From: Leucoraja ocellata
Lineage: Eukaryota
DNA: 64,000 nt
Reading direction: 5' to 3'
Assembly: GCA_036785375.1 (NCBI GenBank)
Contig: JAWMAR010000023.1
Span: 6,758,001-6,822,000, forward strand
The position numbers and the translations under genes were made by a program. Under the pieces are notes generated by a model. It was not told where the DNA came from. It saw only the letters and a list, made by a program, of their open reading frames with translations, and ran no database searches. Positions 1-14,612 of this stretch are shown in pieces; position 1 is the stretch's first letter, and every line of letters starts with the position of its first letter.

Positions 1-3000
1 AAGCTTGAAACAACTCAAAAGCTGTCTCCAACAATCAGCCAAGACTTTTATAATCTCACTTATTCACTTCGCGAGTTGCTCTTCATATCTTGTGAACAAT
101 ACTCCAAACCCTTCCATTCTTTTGCATAACCTTGCTTTTCCCAAAGTGCAATTACAGGCATTAAATTCCATTCAACATTTTTTTTGCACAAATTCCACAA
201 TCACCATCAGCTTTTGTGTAGGTTTCTTTGTTCCTCAGGTACTATTTATTATAATAATGATGACACTCCCTTGGCACTTCAAGTAGGAATACAGGCTCAC
301 AATCCTGTGATTCAGTAGTTATTATCCAAGCTAATCTGTCACCAATGGGTGCATCTGCACAGCAATGGAAACTGAACAAATTGGAACCAGGTAAATTAAC
401 ATCAAACACTTTCAAAACACTCTGCAATAAATAGTCAGGAAACATCCAGTAAAGGGTTAAAAACCTCATTAATTTTAAGTATTTGCTTGTCGCAACAGCA
501 CTAAGAGGGGTGAGAATGGAATTGGTGGAGCGCATTGTGAGAGAAGAATAGCAGCTCTGATTAAATAGTCTCACCTGGCTCCTCTCACATTCCTCAGATC
601 CTCGCCCTGCACTTCACCACAGTATTCATCTGTCAGACTGCTGAAATGAGGGGGCTTGTTGCAGTCAGTCTCTCATCTGATAACACCAAGAACATTCAGT
701 CATCTACAGCGAAAGAATAAAAATAAAAATATGCTTTGTAGTGCTGGAGACACCAGGAACTCACTGCCAATAATCAGAAAACTAGAATAATGCACCATGC
801 TCCTCAATCCTAACTCACCCTCACAATTCAATCTCTGTACCTTCCTCCAGCCTGACAGAAAGTAAAACTTCTATCAATACATGCAACTTCCATCTGGTGC
901 ATATCCCACTTTAATAGCTCCATCGCTGGCAATTGTGTTTTCTGTTGTCTTGTTTTTCCTCGCTGCCTAAAAAGACGAACTGTTTAGATAATTCCATATC
1001 TGTTTTTTAGAACGTGGCCCTACAAGACACATACAAATTCCTCCACCATTCTTTCACGCAGTTGTTCATCTTTTGGTGGTGATCTTGATGCTTACAAGCA
1101 TCGGTCTGATATTTTTTCAGTGATGTGTTGTTAAAAATTGTACTTTTTCCTTGATATTCTAGTTAAGCGTATTGGGACATTTATGCTTCATTATATGGAG
1201 GCTGCTACAACACTCCTTACTCTTTGTTTCTTTCCAAATTGTCTCAAGGTCATTATTTATCATGTCTCTAAATGCCATTTTCCCTCTAGTACACATCTTA
1301 TTTTCCTTGACGATTTAAATTGCCCATTTCCAAATTCTTTTCCAATAACCTAGCTCGCAATTTGATTCCCCTTTGGTGTTAAAGTTCCATCAACTCTTTC
1401 TCCCACTTTAGTGTATTTAATTATTTGTAATCCTGGGAATTGGACATTTACCCTACATCCATTGTCACACATTCATTGGCCAGTGGATATTGTTGAAAAC
1501 ACACCAAGAACCTTAATCTGGTGCACTGCTAACTGACATCTGAAAACTAGTAACACCTAACCCGACCCAACTACAGTAACATAACTGGAATGTTCAATTC
1601 TTTCAATTAAATAGGGAAGAGCTCAGATGATATTTACCATCTTTCCTGATGTTGTTTGGAACACACTTGAAAAGTAACATCTCAAAAGAAAAATCACTAT
1701 ACTTGTGACTGCAGGTGGACGGCATGGCAACTGCTTACAGCAAAACATGTGCACACGCACACACGCAGTGTGGCTGTGCCCTCACACTCCAACCCACATG
1801 CTCATGTCCACATGCTGGAGAAAAATAATCCAAATATATTCAGGAGGCACGCCTCCAATAGTCACAAGAACCACAAACAAGCGCACACACGGACCCTTAA
1901 CATAAACAAGCAACAATGCTTTTCCTCCCCCTAGTTGTATCACTTTTAAGTCAATATGAATACATTTGGTCATTGTGCTTTCTTCAAGTTCACGTGAGGT
2001 TTCTGCCAGGTTCAGCTCAATTGGCAGGACTAGAGTTCCACTCTGTTCAATAACAAAGTTTTGTTCTATGCAAATGAACCCACCAGCCAATACCACCTTT
2101 AATGTAATATTTCTGTTCGTACTACTTCAGATTGCACTGTAATCTTTGTCCAGTTATGCACTCATCATTGTATTTATTGTTATGCCTATAATTACCATGT
2201 ATACTCTTTCCTCTATCAGCTGTAACCAAAGGAGGAAATGCATTACACCCTGGTGTATATGACAGTAAATTAACCTGAATTTGAAAGATCTAGAGCTTTT
2301 CAACTCCATTCTAATAATCTTAATGTGCTGAAACTTCAAGCAGAGTTAATCTGCACCAGAGCAATGATTACAATTTTAACACTTCACTCTTGAGATAATG
2401 TTTCCTCACGTGATAAATCAATATGGCAACTTTTTTTTTAACCTTTGGAATGTCACCAATTAATTTATCATTAAAAAAGGCCCAAAATACAGAGCAACAC
2501 CAGGATTAAATAAGTGTTGGATACAAAAATCAACCTGCAGCTGATGTATTTTCAACCAGCAATATGAGGTTGAAAATCCCTTGGAATATTGGCAGAAGCA
2601 AAAATAAAAAGTGGGGAGAAGTTTTGCATGTTTTAAGATCCTGACACAGAATGTGGTAAGAATGAGACTGTGCGGTGAAGCAACATTTTTAAGAATGAAA
2701 TGAGAAGTGTAAGACCAGGATTAGGAAATTAAGGGGAAACTAGAGTAAATTCTGACCATAATTTGACCACTTTACAACTACATAAAATATACAAGGAAAA
2801 TAATTTACGAAAAGCTAATCAGTGTGAGATCACTCAGTATCTACACATTCAACAGGTGAGGAACAAGTATATTATCAGCTCTGCAATTATGGTCAATCTC
2901 AGCCAACAACCGTAGGTTAAACCACGGCCTGTGATCGGAAGCTCAACTCTAATCCTGTAATTTGGCACCAAAATTGACTGCATTCATAATTGATACGGGA

Positions 3001-6000
3001 CTCTCAGCTTAATGTTTATTTTCAAGTTATAATCTTAACTATTTTTGCAAAAGGGTCCCGGTCTCCTTGATCCTTAGATTGTGTTTGGTGGGGAACTCAG
3101 GTTCACTGCACTATGTGTTATGCCTATGTTCCAGAACATTGACAAGAACTCCGGCCTCTCTGGATGATGAGAGTACGTGTGAGCTATTCATTACAATTTG
3201 CCAACCGCAGTGCTGTAGCATCATCGATTTTCCTCATTAATGATACATAATCTTAAGCAAAAACACTTGCACGTATCTCCGATGGCATGTTATGTGGTGG
3301 CAAGTAGGCGTGAGAGTTAAAATGCAACAACACCTATAATCCATGCGCTATTGGGCTGATAGGCAGTGAAAGGCATGTAGTTGGGAAGTTGTTGCATGAA
3401 GGACAGTAAAACGTGCAGGTTTCAAGCAGGTGAAGTGCAGAGTGTGCACGGCAGCTGGAGGCGAGCACAGCGCTTGCACAGCATCTACACTACTCCAAAT
3501 GTCGTTTCAGCAGACTCAACCAACTTTAAAATAATGTTTCCTTATTCTAGGTTATCCTCTCACACATTGACATAAGCCTGGTGTGTCAAAGGCCTTCCTG
3601 CTATATTACAAGGCTTTATGATTTCAGTTGATTGAAACTTGGAATTTAACTACATTGAAGTTCCACAAGATCAAACCTTAAAATCCAGGTTGATAGCCTC
3701 TGTGTAGTACAAAGGGAATGCTGAAGTGTCAAAGCTACTACATTCCAGTGAGGATATTAAGCCAGGGCTCCATATGTCCCAACACTTCCTGTTTGAACCA
3801 CAGGTGCTCTGGGATAACCCAAGACACTGTTTCACAGCAGAGAAGGGAGATTCATTCCTCAAAAGTAAAACTTCAGACTCAATCGTATTCTTCCCTTTTC
3901 CCATTATCATAGCAACTCCATGTGATTTATTCTCTCTCGTGTGATACACGTCCTTTGATCTCTCGTCCAAACCACACATTGATCTTTTGTGATCCAACTA
4001 GTTTCATGTTGTGTACCACATCATGCGATTCTCACCTTGTCGGGTAAAAATCCAGTTTCCTGAGATGACTAAATGCTATGAAGACGGAGTCTATTATTAT
4101 GCACGTTGTTTTTGATGTAGGAGGCATCTCCCATGGTTAATGGTGGTACTCACAATCAGTTCAAAGTGATACTCACAATCAATACGAACAAGTTAAAACA
4201 TCTAGGTTTTTAGTTTAGCACTGTGGGAATGCTCCAAAGTTATGCTACCACTAAATTCGAGTATCATTGTAATTTCTGGCTGAAGGATTTAAGATTCATA
4301 TTGGTTACCAAACCTGTCCAGATTATATCCTGCATTTTAGTCATCTCAAAGCTCACTTTTTAAGAATTACATTCACACCTGGCAGAATGCTAAGCAGACA
4401 AGGTCAAAGGTAATTTACCAAACTGGATAGCCTGCCAGTAAAGTGCATTTTGACAGAAAAAACAAGGAAAGGAAATAAATAGGAGGCTGAAGGATTGTGG
4501 AAGAATTAAGAAATTAGTTCAAACGATAAGGGGTAGGTAATGTAAATGGGCTGTAATATACAGAGTAAAAGAGTACGCAAATAATAAATTTAGACCAATA
4601 TTTTAGAAAATTGCAGATGCTAAAAAAAATAAACTACTGAAGGAACTGAGTTGGCCAGGCAGCATCTAGGAGGGATATTGACAAATAACAATTTGGGTTG
4701 GGACTTCATTCTTGACCCCAAACATCTGTCCATTTCCCTTCACAGATGCACCCTGAGCTGTTGAGGTTGTCCAGCACTTTGCTTTTTATCACTTGAAATC
4801 AGTTAGAGACTGTATTTTGAGGTGCCCGCAATCTCATAAAATGTGTACAAAGTAAGCTGTGGTACAGCTGATCATCCTCTCTCCCCTTTTAAGTCAAAAG
4901 ATTGAGTACCCATACCCCACTATATGGATTCAAACCCAAAATCCTGGATGATATTCCCAGTGCAGTATTAAGGAAGTGCTAATGGGTCAGATGGAACATT
5001 AAACCAAGCCTCTATGAATTATCTCAGGTAGCAGAAATCTCACGTAACAATATCTGAGAATATGCAGGGAACTAATTTTATCCAAATGTTTTATCCAAGC
5101 ATCATGACCAATATTCATTTTTCAACTATAATCAGCAAATGATTGCCTGACATTTGTATTACACTTTGTGAAAGCGACCCTTCTCGCCTATTATGATACA
5201 GAAGGCCACTCAGCTAAAGATACTTCCAGAGGTGCATTTGCATCAGCCCCTTTCCCTCAATTATTTCCCTTTAACTGTATTGCATCCTATTCCTTACATG
5301 GCTGTCAACTCTAGTTATTTTGCCTTTTAACTAGACCAAGACTAAGTTAAAGCAACCATTCATGCTACTGACATATTTTGGGGATATGGGAAAAAAACAG
5401 AGCTACCGGGGAAACCCCAGGAGCTTCTTCAATTAAACTGGAAACTGATGTCCATCACTGCGATACTGACTGCGGTTCCAAAGTGCTTACTAGGCTATAA
5501 AGGACCCTAGGACACACTGAGATAGGGAAAGATTCCAAAATAATTTATTTTCCTTTAACCTTAATCTAAATCGGGCAGGTCATCAAATGAAAACTCAGAC
5601 AATGGGTAGGCAGATCATAGCAACAGTTGTGTTTTGTAGAGCTAGAAATTTATGAGTGCATTGACATTTTTTGGCTGATCCTTGATCATTGCATTAGCTG
5701 ACAGGTAACCTCTAGCTCCTGGGTGATGCCTGGAAGATTCCATTTAGAAGAATGTTGCAGGTCACTAGCTGAAACCAGCCACAGATATTTAATTCCTTTC
5801 AGCAGCTTATATTACCAATAGCTATCCCTTTAGGGGATAGGGTATGTGCAGATGGCTTGGTGGTTTTATAAGTTCATAAGTTCATGAGTCATAGGAGTAA
5901 ATTAGGCCGTTCGGCCTATCGTGACATCTCCTCTGTTCCATCATGGCTGATTTATGTTTCCATCTCAACCCCATTCCCCCGCCTTCTCCCCATAACCTTT

Positions 6001-7911
6001 TGTGTGTTTGATTTCTGCTACATCTCCTAAAAGGTATTTGGCACCCTGTGCATTGGGAAAATACATCATCAAAAAAACGACTTCTTGTCTTAGCTTGTAT
6101 TTGATATACAGTCTTTCCTGATACTTCGATATGCACTAGTAATAGTGAAGCCGGGGGTCAGGGGTGATCACACACCACAGGAAAGTATTCTGCTACTGCG
6201 TCCAAAGGGGCTCTGATACTAAGGGGCTCATTAGATTGAGCACCTCACCCGTTTCCATTCCTCAGAAGACAATATCTAAATCCAAGTTTTATTAGTTATT
6301 TATGTTATGACATCGGTTGGAAGCTGCATACCAAATCTCGTTGCGCTTATGTGTAATGACAATAAAAAATATTATTATTATTATTATCATATCTTCTAAC
6401 CAACCAGGTCAAAATTATGATAAAGATCAGTACAAAGATACTAGTTTTCAGGCCAAATGTACAGCACATCATGGTACACAGGCATGAAAATAGCTATGAA
6501 AAAGATTAAGGGTCATTTAGTGTCAAAAGATATCACATATTGTTAACACAAAAAAACTGCAGATGATAATTTACAAAAAAAGGGCACTAAGTGCTGGAGT
6601 CACTAAGCAGGACAGGAAGCATCTCTGGACAACATGGATAAGCGGCATTTTGGGTTGAGTCTGAAGAAGTCTCCAGACCCAAAACGGCACCTATCCATGA
6701 TCTTCAGAGCAGCTGGCTGACCCGCTAAGTTACTCCAGCGTCTTTCTATTGTGATGTTGAATTAGGTTTAGCTAATCAGATAACTCAATATGCATTCAAA
6801 CAATCACAATTGTTGATCTTTGGTTGTGATGCTTTGGAGGTGCAGAACTATGTGGATGGAATAGACACAAGACTTGAAATTATACATCTTAATATTATAG
6901 ACTAGCCAGCAATGGCACCAACCTCCTAGGTTGGGATTTCTGTGATTATATGGCAAAATATGTTTAATAACAGTCTTCAGGGGGTTAATAGAACATGTAA
7001 GTCATGTACATTTTCCATCAGATACACTTGCAATCAGGGTGGATTAAAGCGCACTAAATAAACATCTCGAGCAGTAATAACACAGTAAAAAGGTTGCTGT
7101 TGTTGTTCTCAGCTCCCAACTCACTCTCTCTGCTCACTGATTAGCACTCTCCGGATTCTTCAAAAGTGCCACAATTAATGTCGTAACTAGAACTGGAGCA
7201 TAAACAAATTAATTTATTCATGGCTCCTAAACCTTACGGCTGATGATGTGGCAATCCAGGTTCTCAAACAGCAGTGAGTGGAAGTGACAGGTTGGCTATG
7301 CCTGCAGCTCTTTCTGCATTTATCACAACTTCAGGAAGGTGATAGAATTTCCTGCTGTTTCAATTATGCAATAATTCTTGACTCTTACTCTGGCTCAATA
7401 AACTGAGAATATTAATAAGGTAGACAATGCAATAAGGGCTCCTGCTCCTTTTCTTATGTGCAGTTTGTGTGTGAAACTCCATCCAAACTCCCAACATCAT
7501 CTTTTCATAACATTAAAAGTCTGACTGGGCTGCAGTTGTCTGATCAAAAAGAGGAATATAATTTTGCAGAAAATTCTTCTAAAAGTCTAATCAAGTGTCT
7601 GAAAAAAATGCCATAAGCTGCAATCTCACCTACCGAAAGAAACCAGCTTCCAATTCTGCAGGTCTAAACACAGACACATGTCACAAAACAACATCACCCT
7701 CCATCATTGAGCAATGTCTTTTCACCGCATGAACTGCACCATTATCACATCTCAAGCCTAAGCTGAATATTATCAAGCTGCACTGTCAGCATAGCAACAA
7801 AACTCCTTAGCATGGACAACAATCTTCCTAAATCCCAGAACCTGCAGATCGTTACCAGCGACACTTTCTGTGGCTCCACAGAGCCTTGCTGAACTGCTAG
7901 GCTGAACTCAC

Positions 7912-8036
7912 CATCATCGTGCATCTCTCGCTCTCTGTTCCTTCGTCGATGTCGTTCCCGCTCCCGTCTGATGCTCAGGATTGATTCTGTTCCAGTATCA
8001 TTGTCCAAACCATCCCGGCTGCCGGCAGTGTTAGCA
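7912..8036 (-). CDS. DVL1: Dishevelled-1, exon 4 (gene continues beyond the left window edge)
   Basis: ttgcag|(H)ANTAGSRDGLDNDTGTESILSIRRERERHRRRNREREMHDD|gtgagt; 125 nt; phase 2 to 1. Confidence 0.93.
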
Positions 8037-8586
8037 CTGCAACAAAACAAAAAGCACCAAAGATCAACAGCAAACACAAGGAATGCACATGAGAACTGGT
8101 GTACCAAAGAGCAGAGAAACACAAGGAACGCATTACACAAGTCATAAGTAAAAGATTATGTTCAGTTTATAATAAATAACAAATAATTGATAGTATATTA
8201 CAGGCTAAGAACCAAACCAAGGACTTCCATCATGACATTCTCATCTAAGTAAATTAGTTCCTCAGTGAGATTGCAGCTTCCTTTCAAATAGAAGATGCAT
8301 TTCTTGGTCATACTTGCCAACAATTCAGAGATAAGGTATGGACACTTTGGTGAGATAGTCAGGGCAGGTTGGCACTGTTAACAAGCAGCATACCACTAAG
8401 CAATTGCCCACAGGAGGGGATAAAGAATGAAGCAGAGGGGAATGTTATGAAGGGGAGGGCGCAGTGAGTGAGATTGACTAATGTTGAACTCCAATCGGAC
8501 TAATTATTTTGCAAGAGATGAAAGACATATAATGTTTTGCAATCAAGGGATGTTCCAATGACATTCAATGAAGAATTTCACTGCCA

Positions 8587-8884
8587 GGGCAGCACAGTGG
8601 CACAGCTGGTAACTGCTGCCTCACAGTGCTGGAGACTTGGGTTCGTTCTTGACATCTGTGTGGAGTTTGCACGTTTCCCCCTGTGACCAAGTGGGTTTCC
8701 CCTGCGTTTCTTCTACATTCCAAAGATGCGTGGGTTTGTAAGTCAATTGGCCTCTTTAATTTTGCCCATAATGCATAGGGAGTGGATGAGAAAGTGGGAC
8801 AACACAGAACTAGTGTGAACAGGTTATTGGTGTGTACTTAGTGGGCAGATGGGCCTGTTTCTATGCTGTGTCTCTAAACTAAAC
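8587..8884 (+). mobile_element. HE1-like tRNA-derived SINE
   Basis: A-box/B-box-like head (TGGCACAGCTGG ... GGTTCG), shared body, CR1-type 3' end, (CTAAA)n tail. Confidence 0.8.
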
Positions 8885-9648
8885 AATGTGGAGGGTTGTA
8901 TGTCAAGGCAGAGGTTTGTGGTTGTAAAGATAATTCAATATGCCTGATAGATTTCAATCACAAAATGTCTGCCGAGAGGCTTCCAATTAAACTTGGAGTA
9001 GCAGAGGACACCATGGCTCATTCAACTCAAATTTTCCTCTCATCCCCACCATTTTCACTGCCTCTTTAAATTTCCAAAAATCCAATGAACAAGACTGAAC
9101 AATTGGGAATATGGATCTAATTCAAACGTCTCTCATTAAATATTGTTCAGTGTTGCCGTTAGAATTTTGTGCGACCTAGCTCAGCATTAAATTTCTCTAA
9201 AGCTGAAGATGCATCTTAAAACAATTTTCATTTATTTAAAATTCTACAGCAGGTTTCCCACAGCTAATAGAGTTCTGCACAACTGAACAATGTCTGCTTT
9301 GATACATTTATATTCATTACACAATAAGCATGTAACTATGACAACACTGGCTTCTACCCTCCACATGATCTTGGCCATGGAGTGAACTCCTAAACATGTA
9401 TCCACTCAAATCAGCGTAGTTGAATCATGTGAGGAAATATAGAACAAACAAGATGCAGACAGAAATGCTCATGTCGTGCCTGTAAATCTCCTCAAATCCA
9501 TTTAAAGTATCTGAGGCTAATACCATTTGTTGGTCAGCAAGCAATATGCAATCAATAGCAGCTCTACAATCACCCATAGTTCAACGAACATGAACACCAC
9601 CCAGAAAGATATTAAACAGCATACATTTTTAGAACAGTAGTTAAAATA

Positions 9649-9874
9649 CAGTGCCCTCCATAATGTTTGGGACAAAGACCCACCATTTATTTATTTGCCT
9701 CTGTACTCCACAATTTGAGATTTATAATAGAAAAAAAATCACATGTGGTTAAAGTGCACATTGTCAGATTTTAATAAAAGCCATTTTTATACATTTTGGT
9801 TTTGCCATGTGGAAATTACAGCTGTGTTTATACATAATCCCCCCATTTCAGGGCACCATAATGTTTGGGACACA
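9649..9874 (+). mobile_element. Tc1-family IR/DR terminal inverted repeat (left end only)
   Basis: TA-CAGTG start; direct repeat CATAATGTTTGGGACA at both ends of a ~226-bp TIR; ~90% identical by eye to the reverse complement of 41547-41773. Confidence 0.85.
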
Positions 9875-11134
9875 TGGCTTCATGGGTGTTTATTCCTCAA
9901 TTTGGTGATATTAATTGCCCCTGAAAAGCATCTCTATTCATAAGGATCAAAGGTTCCCACAAACATCAAACCCTTAAGAAATGGGCTAACACAATTTATT
10001 CTAGATTTTAAGGTTCCCAGAGTACACAGATTAGGTCTCAGCTGCCACACTTTAATTGTTGCAAAGCTTAACTTGACAATTCATATACCAATCATTAATT
10101 CTCATGTTCCATTGCTTCCAGTGTGCACATTAGAGTTACCTTGACTCACCGCTCCATGTTTAAGAAAGGAGTGATACAAAAAAAAGGAAATTTATAGGAC
10201 AGTTAATTTGACTTCTGTTGTTAGTAAAAATTTTAGTCCATTGTTAAGGATGAGGGCACATGATAATAGGTTGAAGTCAGCATGGTTTTGTTAAAGGAAG
10301 ATCTTGCCTGAGAAATGTGCTGGAGTTTTTTGAGGAAGTAAATAGCAGGATAGGCAAAGGACAGACAGTGAATGTTGTCCCTCCTCTCGTCCAGCTTTCT
10401 CTCTCCTCACCCCCCTGTAATGTGCCTATCCAATAGCCTCTGAAATGACACTATATCTGTCTTCCTTTCACAATGTTTAGAAATACACATTTCCCACTTG
10501 TATTGCTTTTGCAAGAGCATAATCCTGCACAATTTGAATGAAACGTATTTGAACATAGGCATGACTCTAATGAAGAAACAATGGAAGAAGCAGAAACAAG
10601 AAACTGCAACAAACCTTGCAGAACTTGGGTCAGGGATTCAATGTCTCAGCATCGCCCTCCTGTGGCCTCACCTGGAATCTTCTTCACCATTTCAGACTTG
10701 CAGCCTGACCAGCAGCACAGGTCATAGCCAGAAAGCCAGCAAAATCTGACAGACAATTCAGCGTCAGACTGGGACATGGCCAAGGCTAAGACAGTGGATC
10801 AAGTAGCAAGACATAGAGACACAGTGTTGCTTTATCCATCTGCAGCATTATCACTGATTCCAGATCAATAGAAGACTGCAGCAATAGCAAAAGATTTTCT
10901 CTTTCATGCTGCAGCAATGCTTAATTATATGAATTAAATTGATGTGACAAGCAGAGAAGAACCTGCATGTGAGAGCAGGAAGTACATATATTGAGTTGGA
11001 GCCAGGAGTGTGGCCTAGAATTAATGAGGATGCCCCTGAGAAAACAGAGTGGTGACCAGTGCAAAAATTGAGCTTAACCACCTCAGAAAGACTAGCAGCA
11101 AACATAATATCACGATTCAGAAAGTGACATGTGC

Positions 11135-11216
11135 AGGGCTGCCAATTCTCACGCATTGAGCGTGAGAGTCACGCATTTCACAAAATTTTCACGCTCATCA
11201 CAAATTTCTCACGCTC
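11135..11216 (+). mobile_element. DNA transposon end (CAGGGCTGCCAA) with TCACGC subterminal repeats, probably hAT-like
   Basis: Several TCACGC/GCGTGA repeats; a related copy at 57809-57910. Confidence 0.55.
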
Positions 11217-11357
11217 AAAAATCTGCGGGTGCTGGAAGTTAAAACTGAAGCAAAAATTGTTTTAGAGGTGAGTAAAAACCACGAGGGGAATATACAAGGT
11301 GAATGCATAGTCTTTTTCCCAGGATATGTGATTCAACTAGAGGGCATTAGTTTAAAG

Positions 11358-11845
11358 CAGGGCTGTCAAACTACCGGCCCGCAGGGATGATTGGGGGGAA
11401 AAAAAAGTTGTTTAGTTTCTCCCGTGCAGATGGTGTGATAGGTGAGACCCAGCATCAACTCTCCTCTCCCCCCCCCCCCGCCCGAGGCACCGCTCACACC
11501 TCCCATCCTCACCTCCGGCGGCTCTGTATCTGTGGCCACTCTGTCCACACTCCATGGAGTTTTAACCCCGGCCCGGAGCCAGGAGCGGACCGGGTGAGTT
11601 GGGACGTCGGTGCCGCCTCTGGAGCCGCGGGGATGAATCTCGGGCTAAGGCTCCGCTCCGATGTCTGACCCCCGGGTCACTGACCCTCACCTCCCCCGGA
11701 CCCCAACTAGACACGGAGCACTTGGGCCAGCCCGCATTCCCGGGAAAGGGGGGGGGGGGGGGGGGGGGGGGAACGCTCCCCGGGCATCGCCAAGTCACCG
11801 CTTCACTGACACACACTCTCACACACACACACACTGGCGCGCACA
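11358..11845 (+). mobile_element. hAT/Charlie-like end followed by a CpG-rich internal block, interrupting a CR1 fragment
   Basis: Starts CAGGGCTGTCAAACTACCGGCCCGC; CR1 3' sequence on both sides; no right TIR or TSD found. Confidence 0.5.
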
Positions 11846-14612
11846 CAAGGTATAAAGGGATATGGGCCAAATGCGGATAAATGGGACTAGTTTAGATGGG
11901 GCATCTTGATCTGCATGAACAAGTTGGGATGAAGGGCCTGTTCCCATGCTGCAAGGTTTTGACACATTGTAGAAAGGGAGCAATTGCTCTGGAGAGGATC
12001 CAGGGGCGATTTATGAAGATGTTGGCAGGGCTGGAATTTTTTTTTCACTTTGAAGAAAGATTTGATAACTGGGATTGTATTCTCTGCAGCAACAGAGGTG
12101 AAGAAAAAACCTAGTTGAGGCGAATAATATTATGAGAATAGGACCTGTTTCGCTTAACAAAGAGTGTAGGAAGGAACTGCAGATACTGGTTTAAACTGAA
12201 CATCCCCGTTCCCTAAAGAATGTGGACCTCTCTGGTGTATTTCTGTGTTGCATGAATCCATGACTCTAAATGTGCTGAGAAAGCCAATAACGAGAGCTTT
12301 GCGACATTGCTCTCTACACAGTTTAGAAAGAGCAAACATAAATAAACAATCTAGATTCTCAATTCTTGTTTAAGGATTAATCATATTGTCCACAAATTGT
12401 GACTACAAAATTTGAAAGCCGTTTGTTTAATACAATTTGTTTCAGAAAATGTGTTGCCAGTCTAAGAGTTAATCAAAACCAAATTAAAAAAAAAAAGGAT
12501 GGATGTTGGGTTGGATGGAATAATGATCAGAAGACAGCCTGAAATTTCTTTATTGTTCACAGCTGTACACCACCAACAAGGTTGGCATTTATTGTGTGAG
12601 CTTTAAAATAATTAATATCCTAATATACTTCATAAAGAGAATTAGCAAATAATATCCAACACTGATACATAAGGCACATTTGCACAAATTGTAAAGAGAA
12701 CATTCAAAGGGACAGAGGCTAAAGTTTAGGGACTAAGGATGCACGGGAGGCCAGAATTGAGGCAGAGGATCATTGGACGAGGCTACAATGACAGGTTCTA
12801 GTTCATGAAGGAACATGGATTTGAGGAATTGACAGACCAGGTCAGGAAGGCCCTGGACAAACAGTATTTGGTGAGAATAAGCAAGTCAATGACACTGTTT
12901 TTAAAAAATTGATTTGTTTTTCATCCTTTATCACAAGAGGTAATTTAAAAACATGTACATTCGCTCCTCAAATGTCAAATATGCAGTCAGTTGCAGTCCC
13001 CTTAGAAGCACAGCAGGGGGAAATAGTGACAACAAAACTAGTGCAAACAAAAAAAACACACCTTTAACCATAGAAAAATTAAACCACAGAGGCTGAACCT
13101 CCTTCTGACACAGCTGTAACCCCTTAAATGCCAGGAGTGACAGGTGCAATTCATTAAATTGAGAATAGGTGATTTTGTTTAGCTTCAGTACATCTCCCCA
13201 CATTGAGCGATCACCTGCTTGCATTCTGGTGGGACTGTCCTGGAAAAGGGAGGTATTCTCTCTCTCTCCATCCCCTCCCCCTTCCCAGTTCTCCCACCAG
13301 TATTCAACTGCATTCGATCTCTAGAGATGCTGCCTGTCCCGCTGAGTTACTCCAGCATTTTGTGTCTATCTTCAAGTAATAAACCTATGCTGAATGAATG
13401 TAGAAAACATTTATACTCAATGGCACGACCAATAAAGGCAAGTATACTATATGCCTTCATTACCACCATTTCTTTCGGGTGTAGTCACTTTCAGGAAGCT
13501 ATGGACTTGTAGCCTAAGATCCCGCTGTACACTAATACTCTTAAGGGTTATGCCATTTACTGTATCCCCCTCCATATCTACCTCTGGCTACAATGCATCT
13601 CTGGCTCCAATATTCTTTCTCCGTTTTCCATAGGTGTGAGCTCCTCCGATTATTCACTTTGGTTCCAGACTTGCAGGCTCTTAAAATCCAAGTTTGATGT
13701 CACCATCCAACAACCCAAACTTGGTGCCAACTATTTATTACTACGTCTTATTTTATTTACTCTCCTCCTCCTACTCACCATAGCACCTGTGCATTTGAGT
13801 CTCTTCCACATGTGATATAAATAGTAATTTCCACTCCCCCCCTGCTCACCCCACAGAACACAAATATTGAACGGGCAACATCCTGAAATGTGTAATCGGG
13901 CAATTGAGGGATTTTGTATAAACATCAAACCCTGTACTTTCTTACATCAAGTAACCACTCTCTTAGTTTACTGCCAAATAAATTAATACATATTGAGCTT
14001 GTAAATTATGATATAATTTGATGATATAGCTTTTTTCTCTTCAAAAAACAAAGAGCAAGTAGCATTAGATTATCTCACAAGGCTGTGAGGAAGAGCAGTT
14101 ATAGTGACTATGACAAGATACAAGATTCCCAGCTCATCCGTTATAAAGATCTAAATCAAATACAATATTTGTATGAAAAATAACAATAAAAATCCAGGTA
14201 TAATTATTAAAAGACCAGAATCATACACCCGATGAGGTGAAAAGGAATGATCTACATTCCAGGGAGTCAGCACCCACGAGAGAAGAGGGAATTTAAATCC
14301 TAGTAAGAGTCGGCATCTTGTGGCAGAAGTGAGACCTCGATTCCCGTGACAATTTACCACTTTACAAAGGGGTCGTGCAGCATGGCAAATTTTACACATT
14401 GCAGAATGAGATCAGAAATGTCAGAAAGTCTGGAAAAAAGGTTAAATCGCATTAATTGATGAGTTGGTCAGTCAGCTCATGGCTTCAATCTATGTCAAAT
14501 TCTCTGACCATCACTCCCTTGGATGGATAATTGAGTCAGGACAGGCAATGCATGATATGTATCGCCACTCAATGGCCTCCACTTTGGAATTCAAACAAAA
14601 ATAAATTCTTAC

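Noticed and set aside
5822-5840. Small hairpin CTATCCC-N5-GGGATAG
   Set aside because: A 7-bp stem is expected by chance.
1-7911. Search for DVL1 exon 5 (SSELESSSF-like) and the neighbour TAS1R3
   Set aside because: No convincing match; MELKSSRSF in the ORF at 2154-2339 lacks the surrounding motifs. Exon 5 is presumed left of the window.
8587-8660. A/B boxes suggesting a tRNA gene
   Set aside because: They are SINE heads followed by the shared SINE body; no cloverleaf.
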